From contig OZ024754.1 in NCBI GenBank assembly GCA_964016885.1, positions 31,124,001-31,188,000 on the forward strand: a stretch of 64,000 bases of DNA, written 5' to 3'. The position numbers were made by a program, and so were the translations under genes. The DNA comes from Eledone cirrhosa (Eukaryota). Of the stretch, positions 53,847 to 64,000 are shown piece after piece (position 1 is the first letter of the stretch; every line of letters begins with the position of its first letter). The notes beneath the pieces were generated by a model that saw only the letters and a list, made by a program, of their open reading frames with translations, made no database searches and was not told the DNA's origin.

Positions 53847-54248
53847 TGGTAGTGAGACATGGGCAGCAACTGCAGAGGATATGCAACGGCTAGAGAGAAA
53901 TGAAGCAAGTATACTCCGTTGGATGTGCAATGTCAATGTGCGTGAACGACCAAGCATAGACAAGTTGAGAAAGAAACTGGGTATAAGAGGGATAAGTTGT
54001 GATGTGCAGGAGAGAAGGCTGAGATGGTGTGGACATGTGATGCGCATGGAGGATGACCGCTGGGTAAAGAAGGCAAACGCAGTAGAAGGAAGACGCAGAG
54101 GTGATGAGAGCAGACCGCAGATCGCTGAAACTCACCGAGGAGATGACGAAGGACCGTGACAAGTGGAGAGATGCTGTGCTGAATAGGACCCGTCCAACCC
54201 TTGCAAGCAGGGAAAAGCGGACTTAAAATGACGATGATGATGATGATG
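53842..54248 (+). mobile_element. RTE LINE 3' fragment with an internal deletion
   Basis: HGSETWAATAEDMQRLERNE followed by the tail and (GAT)n. Confidence 0.9.
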
Positions 54249-54490
54249 CATGTATGATACACATATATATATACCTGTATTGTCTGATATATATATATAT
54301 ACCTGTATATATTTGTATCAGTACTGTCGGTAATATATGTATATATATGTGTTTGTGAGTGGTGTGTGTGATTGTATGCATGAATGAGTGTTGGTATGTG
54401 TGGTTGTGGTTTGTATGCATGAGTATTGGTGTGTGAGTGTTTGTGTGTGCGTCGTGTCAATAATTTTATTTTTTTTTTTTTTTTTTTTTT

Positions 54491-57400
54491 AATGACCATG
54501 CTGTAAAATGGAGGGGTAGAGAGGGCCCTTGAGTCTAGTAAGACATCCTCTCTAGTGCTGGTGGCACAAATAAAAGCACCCAGTCCATGCTGTAAAGTGG
54601 CGCTGGTGTTAGGAAGGGCATCCAACCAGTGTATCAATGCCAAATCGCTTATCAGCACAGCAACAAAACAGCATAGGAACAACAACAAAAAATATGAAGA
54701 CGTCGCATCTCAGAGTTGCAACACTTAATGTTGGCACTCTCAGAGGTAGATCTGCTGAAATAGCAGAGATGCTGGAGAGAAGGCAGGTGGATGTGTGCTG
54801 CGTGCAAGAGGTGAGATGGAGAGGTGCCTCTGCGAGACTAGTCGTAGGCAAGCGTCTTAGCTATTCTGGGTAGGTAAGGATGATGGGTTAGGGGGAGTAG
54901 GCATTTTCCTGGCTGAGAAATGGATCAATAAGACAATAGAGGTAGTTCGAGTTAGTAATCGAATAATTAAGCTTAGATTAGTTGTAGGTAGGAGACTACT
55001 GACAATGATCTCGGTCTATGCTCCCCAAGCAGGCCTAGGCAAAGATGAGAAAGACTGCTTTTATGAGCAACTTTTGCAAACAACCACAATGACAGAGGAC
55101 GGAGACATCGTTATGCTAGCAGGAGACTTCAATGGTCATGTTGGACAGCTCCAGGATGGTTACTATGGGGTACATGGTGGGCACGGTTATGGCTCAAGAA
55201 ATGAAGAAGGAGTGAGACTTCTTGAATTTTGTGATGCGAGTACATTGACTATTTGCAACACAAACTTCCAGAAACCTGCCAATCACCTAATAACCTACAA
55301 ATCAGGTGAGCACATAAGCCAGATTGACTTCCTGCTAGTTAGGCAGCGGGACAGGCAGATAGTGTCTAATACCAAGGCATACCCTGGGGAAGAATGTACC
55401 CCACAGCATAGGTTAGTTGTTAGTGATATCTCAGTAAGCAAGAGATGGAATGAGACATATAGGAAGGTGTGGAGAAGAAAGGTCTGGAAGCTAAAAGACC
55501 TTTCACTAAAATACAAATTTAGGAAAGCCCTTCAAGATGTATATGATGAAAAAGAAGACGATTTAGAGACGTATGACATAGACAATAACTGGAAGTTCTT
55601 ACGTGACAACTTGCTGCAGGCTACTGATGAAACCTGTGGCTGGAGCAGAGCTCCAACCAGACAGAGAGTGACCTGGTGGTGGAACAGCACAGTAGATAAG
55701 GCTATTAGAGACAAAAGACTAGCATGGAAGGCTTGGAAAAAGGGTGGGAGTAGGGAAGAATATACAGCCACTAAGAGAGAAGCTAGACGTCAGGTGTACT
55801 TAGCACGCAGGGAGGCAGAGAGTAGGAGGTTTGCCAATGTTCTGCGACGGGAAGATCAGAGGCGTGCGGTGTTCCACATTGCAAGGCAGTGTGTCAATGC
55901 AAATCAGGATGTTGTTGGAGATAAATGTGTCCGGGATGATGCCGGTGTACTTAGTGTCACGAATGACCAGAAAAAGGAGGCCTGGAAATGTCATTATGAG
56001 AGACTGATGAATGTGGAGAATGAATGGGAGAGAGAGAAATTACCCTTGGTAGATCCGACAGAGGGACCAGCTATTGAGATTGACGAATATAGGGTCCAAG
56101 AGGCGATTAGGGAAGTGAAAAATGGTAAGGCGGCCGGACCATCGGGAATAGTTGCTGAGATGCTGAAGGCATCAGCGGACGTAGGCACTAAACTGGTTGC
56201 ACGCATCATCAATCAGGCTATATATGGTGGTGTCATACCCAAAGACTGGTGCAGCAGTATTCTCATAAATTGCTACAAAGGTAAAGAGGATGCTTTGGAG
56301 AGGAGCAATTATAGGGGTATAAAACTGATAGATCAGGTTATGAAAGTGGCAGAAAGGATTTTAGCAGAACTAATTAGAGAAAGGGTCAAACTAGATGAGA
56401 TGCAGTTTGGTTTTGTGCCTGGGAAGAGTACAACAGATGCCCTCTTCTTGGTGAGACAAATGCAAGAGAGATTCTTAGAGAAGAATAAGCCACTATACTT
56501 AGCCTTTGTTGACCTAGAGAAGGCCTTTGATAGGGTACCCCGATCTGTCATTTGGTGGTCCCTAAGGAAGCTAGGTGTTGAGGAATAGCTTGTGAGGACA
56601 GTGCAAACTTTGTACAGAGGTACTCTCAGTAAAGTCAGGGTAGGAATGGAGTTTAGTGAGGAATTCCAGATACAAGTAGGAGTACATCAGGGTTCGGTCC
56701 TCAGCCCGCTCTTGTTCATTATAGTCCTCTAAGCCATAACAGAGGAGTTTAAGACTGGCTGTCCATGGGAACTTCTCTATGCTGACGATCTGGCTCTTAT
56801 AGCAGAATCAGTAGAGGAGCTAGAGAATAAATTCCGGCTATGGAAACAGCAGTTGGAAGCAAGAGGACTGAGAGTAAATCTAGCTAAGACAAAAGTGTTG
56901 ATGAGTAGAAAAGAGGACAAAACCCTGATTCCATCAGGGAAATGGCCATGTTCGATATGCAGAAAAGGAACTGGCATAAATTCTATAAAATGCACACAAT
57001 GCAGGTCCTGGGTACACAAGAGATGTAGCGGGATAGCAGGCAAACTAACAGGTAGGGAGAAATATGTATGCAGTAGATGTACAGGGAAATTAGACAGTAG
57101 AAGTCGCACTGATAGACACATTTTTCAAATGCGAGAGGGCGCTATAGAAGTGGTGGATAGCTTCCGGTACCTAGGAGATCAGATTAGCATGGGAGGAGGG
57201 TGTTCCGAGGCCATAGTATCTAGAATAAGGACGGGTTGGAAGAAGTTTAGGGAGCTGCTTCCTCTGTTGACGAAGAAGGGTTTCTCCCTGCGTACGAAAG
57301 GCCGGTTGTATGATGCCTGTGTGAGGAGCACGATGCTGCATGGTAGTGAGACATGGGCAGCAACCGCAGAGGATATGCGACGGCTGGAGAGAAATGAGGC

Positions 57401-57756
57401 AAGCATGCTCCGTTGGATGTGCAGTGTAAATGTGCGTGAACGACCCAGCATAAATGTGTTGAGAGAGAAACTGTGTCTGAGAGGGATAGAATGTAGTGTA
57501 CGGGAGAGGAGACTGAGGTGGTATGGACATGTGATGCGCATGGAGGATGACCGATGGGTGAAGAAGTGCCAGGAAATGCCAGTTGAAGGAAGACGTGGTA
57601 GAGGTAGACCACGAAAAACATGGGCGGAGGTGGTGAGAACAGACCTCAGATCATTGAAGCTCACGGCGGAGATGACGAGGGACCGTGACGAGTGGAGAGA
57701 TGCTGTGCTGAATAAGACCCGTCCCACCCTTGCAAGCAGGGAAAAGCGGACGTAAA

Positions 57757-57790
<34 letters not shown>
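54491..57790 (+). mobile_element. Nearly full-length RTE-clade LINE
   Basis: Short 5' UTR, single APE-RT ORF, stop immediately followed by a (GAT)n tail. Confidence 0.95.
54694..57755 (+). pseudogene. RTE ORF: APE endonuclease, reverse transcriptase and PHD-type finger; three visible lesions
   Basis: Motifs ATLNVGTL, VCCVQEVRW, SVYAPQ, GDFNGH, QIDF, GKAAGPSG, FVDLEKAFDRV, HQGSVLSP, LYADDL, FRYLG. Frameshift near 54860, TAG at 56586, TAA at about 56730. Confidence 0.93.
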
Positions 57791-57792
<2 letters not shown>

Positions 57793-57935
57793 GTATGATA
57801 TATTTATATATATATATATATATATATGTATTGTATGATATATATATATATATACCTGTATTGTATGATATATACAAATGTATCATATGATATATATATG
57901 TATTGAATGATATATATAGCTGTATTGTATGATAT

Positions 57936-58710
57936 ACAAGGTGGTATCAAAAAGTTCCTGGACGAGTTAAGCTTAAAAAAAAATAATATATTTACCTACG
58001 TTTTAACATCATCTCCTTTGAAATAGTCACCTTGCACAGCAATACACCACTCCCAGTTCCTACCACGTTTAGAATCCAGCCTGGAAGTCGTTTGTGGTAA
58101 GCAAATCGAAGACCTGCGATTCCCTCTGGATCTCACCAACAGTGTTTTAACACTTTTGGGGCTGCATTTTCACCTTGGAGAAGAGATGGAAGTCCGCAGG
58201 TGCTAAATAGGCGAATAGGGTGGGTGTGGAAGTGATACAATGTTCTTTTTGGTGAGAAACTCATGAGTGAGGAGAGCTCATTGACAGGGTGCATGGTCGT
58301 CATGAAGAATCCAATACTTCGTGCTCCACAGATCCAATCACTTTCACCAAACATCCTCCTACAAATGCCTCAAAAGTTTCAGTAGAACTCTTTATTGATG
58401 GTCCCTGGGGAATGAATTCTCGATGCACAATACTGCGGATGTTGAAAAATACTGTGAGCCTGCTCTTGATTTGAGCTGCAGCTCTGTCATGCCTTCTTCA
58501 GTCATGGAGATAAAAGGGGATTCCTCTGTGTTTGACTGCTACTTCGGCTCAGGGTTTCACCCGTAGATCAAACTCTCGTCATCGAAGATGATCCTCAAAA
58601 TGAAGGGTGAGTCATCAGCGGCATGCTGACGGAAATCTTAACAGACTTTGACCTGATGTTCTTTCTGCTCAGTGGTCAGCAGGTGGGAGACAAACTTGAC
58701 AGTGACATGT
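57936..58710 (-). pseudogene. mariner transposase remnant with one TIR
   Basis: Minus strand reads ILHDDHAPC, EFLTKKNIVSLPHPPYSP/LAPADFHLF. The terminus is TA-CAAGGTGGTATCAAAAAGTTCC. Confidence 0.82.
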
Positions 58711-58837
58711 ATATATATCATCATCATCATCATCATCATTTTACATCTGCTTTTCCCTGCTTGTATGATATATTTATACATGTATTGTATGATATATACA
58801 TACTTGTATTATTTTATATATATATATATATATATAT

Positions 58838-59040
58838 AAATAGGAAAAGAGTCAGGACCCCGACAGCTGAGCTCCGGCTATTTCGACAGCTAGATCTAGA
58901 TCTAGATCTAGCTGTCGAAATAGCCGGAGCTCAGCTGTCGGGGTCCTGACTCTTTTCCTATTTCCCACTCTACTACCCTAAGTATTGAGTACTCTGGTGC
59001 ATTATGGTCTACCTGGTTCCTTACCACACTTCCTTTGTTA
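58838..59040 (+). mobile_element. PLE terminal-repeat remnant starting with a perfect 126-bp palindrome
   Basis: 58838-58963 is self-complementary around (TAGATC)3 and holds the HHR 3' half GAAA-TAGC..GCTG-TC. Same family as 3180-3378. Confidence 0.8.
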
Positions 59041-59304
59041 TATATACACCTGTATCATATAATTGTTTCTGCTTTTGGCACTAGGACAGCAATTACCCCA
59101 GTGCATTACTGGTACTTTATTTTATCCACCCCGTATGGATGAAAGGCAAAGTTAATCTATATTGTATGATATATATATACCTGTATTGTATGATATATAT
59201 ATACCTGTATTGTATGATATATATATACCTGTATTGTATGATATATATATACCTGTATTGTATGATATATATATACTTGTATTGTATGATATATATAAAT
59301 GTAT

Positions 59305-62262
59305 GATATGATTATATGATATATACAGTATACCTGTATTATATGATATATACAGTATACCTGTATTATATGATATATACAGTATACCTGTATTATATCA
59401 TATATTCAGTATACCTGTATTATATCATATATACAGTATACCTGTATTATATGATATATACAGTATACCTGTATTATATCATATATACAGTATACCTGTA
59501 TTATATCATATATACAGTATACCTGTATTATATCATATATACAGTATACCTGTATTATATATACAGTATACCTGTATTATATGATATATACAGAATACCT
59601 GTATTATATGATATATACAGTATACCTGTATTATATGATATATACAGAATACCTGTATTATATGCTATATACAGTATACCTGTATTATATGCTATATACA
59701 GTATACCTGTATTATATGATATATACAGTATACCTGTATTATATCATATATACAGTATACCTGTATTATATCATATATACAGTATACCTGTATTATATCA
59801 TATATACAGTATACCTGTATTATATCATATATACAGTATACCTGTATTATATGATATATACAGTATACCTGTATTATATGATATATACAGTATACCTGTA
59901 TTATATCATATATACAGTATACCTGTATTATATCATATATACAGTATACCTGTATTATATCATATATTCAGTATACCTGTATTATATCATATATACAGTA
60001 TACCTGTATTATATGATATATACAGTATACCTGTATTATATGCTATATACAGTATACCTGTATTATATCATATATACAGTATACCTGTATTATATCATAT
60101 ATACAGTATACCTGTATTATATCATATATACAGTATACCTGTATTATATCATATATACAGTATACCTGTATTATATCATATATACAATATACCTGTATTA
60201 TATGATATATACAGTATACCTGTATTATATCATATATACAGTATACCTGTATTATATCATATATACAGTATACCTGTATTATATCATATATACAGTATAC
60301 CTGTATTATATCATATATACAATATACCTGTATTATATGATATATACAGTATACCTGTATTATATCATATATACAGTATACCTGTATTATATCATATATA
60401 CCATATACCTGTATTATATGATATATACAGTATACCTGTATTATATCATATATTCAGTATACCTGTATTATATCATATATACAATATACCTGTATTATAT
60501 CATATATACAGTATACCTGTATTATATCATATATACAGTATACCTGTATTATATCATATATACAGTATACCTGTATTATATCATATATACAGTATACCTG
60601 TATTATATGATATATACAATATACCTGTATTATATGATATATACAGTATACCTGTATTATATATACAGTATACCTGTATTATATGATATATACAGAATAC
60701 CTGTATTATATGATATATACAGTATACCTGTATTATATATATACAGAATACCTGTATTATATGCTATATACAGTATACCTGTATTATATGCTATATACAG
60801 TATACCTGTATTATATGATATATACAGTATACCTGTATTATATCATATATACAGAATACCTGTATTATATGATATATACAGTATACCTGTATTATATGAT
60901 ATATACAGTATACCTGTATTATATGATATATACAGAATACCTGTATTATATCATATATACAGTATACCTGTATTATTTGCTATATACAGTATACCTGTAT
61001 TATATCATATATACAGTATACCTGTATTATATCATATATACAGTATACCTGTATTATATCATATATACAGTATACCTGTATTATATCATATATACAGTAT
61101 ACCTGTATTATATCATATATACAGTATACCTGTATTATATCATATATACAGTATACCTGTATTATATCATATATACAGTATACCTGTATTATATCATATA
61201 TACAGTATACCTGTATTATATCATATATACAGTATACCTGTATTATATGATATATACAGTATACCTGTATTATATGCTATATACAGTATACCTGTATTAT
61301 ATCATATATACAGTATACCTGTATTATATCATATATACAGTATACCTGTATTATATCATATATACAGTATACCTGTATTATATCATATATACAGTATACC
61401 TGTATTATATGATATATACAGTATACCTGTATTATATGATATATACAGTATACCTGTATTATATCATATATACAGTATACCTGTATTATATCATATATAC
61501 AGTATACCTGTATTATATCATATATTCAGTATACCTGTATTATATCATATATACAGTATACCTGTATTATATGATATATACAGTATACCTGTATTATATG
61601 CTATATACAGTATACCTGTATTATATCATATATACAGTATACCTGTATTATATCATATATACAGTATACCTGTATTATATCATATATACAGTATACCTGT
61701 ATTATATCATATATACAGTATACCTGTATTATATCATATATACAATATACCTGTATTATATGATATATACAGTATACCTGTATTATATCATATATACAGT
61801 ATACCTGTATTATATCATATATACAGTATACCTGTATTATATCATATATACAGTATACCTGTATTATATATACAGTATACCTGTATTATATGATATATAC
61901 AGTATACCTGTATTATATGATATATACAGTATACCTGTATTATATGATATATACCGTATACCTGTATTATATCATATATACAGTATACCTGTATTATATG
62001 ATATATACCATATACCTGTATTATATCATATATACAGTATACCTGTATTATATCATATATTCAGTATACATGTATTATATCATATATTCAGTATACCTGT
62101 ATTATATCATATATACAGTATACCTGTATTATATCATATATTCAGTATACCTGTATTATATCATATATACAGTATACCTGTATTATATCATATATACAAT
62201 ATACCTGTATTATATGATATATACAGTATACCTGTATTATATCATATATACAGAATACCTCT
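59305..62262. repeat. 27-bp minisatellite, about 110 units
   Basis: Unit ATATACAGTATACCTGTATTATAT(C/G)AT. Confidence 0.97.
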
Positions 62263-62784
62263 ATTCTTGTCTTACTCAATAATTCTTCCCAGAAGAAAGA
62301 AAATTAGATTTAGTTATTTATATATGTTGAACTTAAAACTTGTTATAAATTTAGCTGCCTATAAATACAAGTGAATTATCGATTCCATGTTGGATACAGT
62401 AAACGGGGTGATTGTTAAAATATTGCAATACAATATTTTCTATTCTATAAATGATTGCATTTTTGGAATATCGATTTTTCCTCTTTTTTTTTTTCTCTCC
62501 CCATTGGCCCAAGATCACAGATTTGGTGGTGGGGATAAGGTTAAAGTCAATATTTCTGTAACCAATATATTATTGGCACTTATTTTATCAGTTCTGGAAA
62601 GATGAAAGACAAAATAGACCCCTAGCGTGATATATATATGCTGAAAAAATGTAGAGACTCATAGCCATATATTTGGAGATATTTAATTCTTATTTTTGGC
62701 ATAATGTCATCATTTGTTGTTGCTGTTGTTGCTGTTGAAGAGGTCTAATTAATTGAATTGACTCCACAGTATACGCAGTGTATA

Positions 62785-63875
62785 TGAGAGGTGGCTGAAA
62801 AGTTCTTAAGCTGACCAAGATACTCTCATGGAATGATCAAATGAGGTTTATTTTTCAACATAGTCCCTGGAAAGAAACAATGTAGTTATTGATAAGAAGA
62901 GTTGCAATAAATGCATGCAAGATTTCACAGCTCTAACATCACTCCTTCCTAGACAGTCTATGACCAAGATACTCTCATGGAATGATCAAATGAGGTTTAT
63001 TTTTCAACATAGTCCCTGGAAAGAAACAATGTAGTTATTGATAAGAAGAGTTGCAATAAATGCATGCAAGATTTCACAGCTCTAACATCACTCCTTCCTA
63101 GACAGTCTATGACCAAGATACTCTCATGGAATGATCAAATGAGGTTTATTTTTCAACATAGTCCCTGGAAAGAAACAATGTAGTTATTGATAAGAAGAGT
63201 TGCAATAAATGCATGCAAGATTTCACAGCTCTAACATCACTCCTTCCTAGACAGTCTATGACCAAGATACTCTCATGGAATGATCAAATGAGGTTTATTT
63301 TTCAACATAGTCCCTGGAAAGAAACAATGTAGTTATTGATAAGAAGAGTTGCAATAAATGCATGCAAGATTTCACAGCTCTAACATCACTCCTTCCTAGA
63401 CAGTCTATGACCAAGATACTCTCATGGAATGATCAAATGAGGTTTATTTTTCAACATAGTCCCTGGAAAGAAACAATGTAGTTATTGATAAGAAGAGTTG
63501 CAATAAATGCATGCAAGATTTCACAGCTCTAACATCACTCCTTCCTAGACAGTCTATGACCAAGATACTCTCATGGAATGATCAAATGAGGTTTATTTTT
63601 CAACATAGTCCCTGGAAAGAAACAATGTAGTTATTGATAAGAAGAGTTGCAATAAATGCATGCAAGATTTCACAGCTCTAACATCACTCCTTCCTAGACA
63701 GTCTATGACCAAGATACTCTCATGGAATGATCAAATGAGGTTTATTTTTCAACATAGTCCCTGGAAAGAAACAATGTAGTTATTGATAAGAAGATTTGAA
63801 ATTAATGCATGCAAGATTTCACAGCTCTAGCATCACTCCTTCCTAGTCAGTCTATGAATATTTCAGCTGATTCTG
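62785..63875. repeat. mariner-type MITE whose interior is amplified as 7 x 149 bp
   Basis: Units start at 62812, 62961, 63110, 63259, 63408, 63557 and 63706. Ends GAGGTGGCTGAAAAGTTC and GAATATTTCAGCTGATTC resemble degenerate TIRs. Confidence 0.85.
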
Positions 63876-64000
63876 CATCAGATTTGACTTATGAATGTAG
63901 AGAGTTACAGTTACATAGCAGCATGTGTAGACTTTGGTCCTTTACTAATACACACACACACATACACATACACACATACACATACATACACATACATACA

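Noticed and set aside
54491-54640. HDV-like ribozyme in the RTE 5' UTR
   Set aside because: I could not build the nested double pseudoknot by eye; it needs a descriptor search.
59316-62374. Tyr/Ile-rich ORFs of up to 770 aa
   Set aside because: Translations of the 27-bp tandem repeat.
62812-63856. CRISPR-like regular array (also 8548-11080)
   Set aside because: Units abut with no unique spacers, there are no cas genes, and the context is eukaryotic.

Overview
Repeat-dominated, AT-rich eukaryotic DNA, intergenic or intronic. The SINE/RTE/Penelope content and the (TA)n/(CAT)n density suggest a cephalopod, probably an octopus (inference). No intact host gene is recognisable, and most long ORFs in the track are translations of micro- and minisatellites. 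Mobile elements: a nearly full-length RTE-clade LINE with a PHD-type finger after the RT domain (about 54.5-57.8 kb) plus several RTE fragments; a 5'-truncated L1/Tx1-like LINE; two Penelope-like element (PLE) GIY-YIG fragments; two abundant tRNA-derived SINE families, one sharing its 3' tail with the RTE LINE; and mariner, hAT and piggyBac-type remnants or MITEs. There are five large tandem arrays (27, 30, 31, 40 and 149 bp units). Many short segments between (TA)n tracts carry hammerhead ribozyme (HHR) cores of several families, often in fold-back inverted repeats that break in or at the ribozyme. The most unusual observation is two diverged copies (about 32.76-32.87 kb and 40.67-40.77 kb) of a motif with all HHR core elements and covarying helices, but in a strand order that matches none of hammerhead types I, II or III. 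All structures were read by eye and none is tested.
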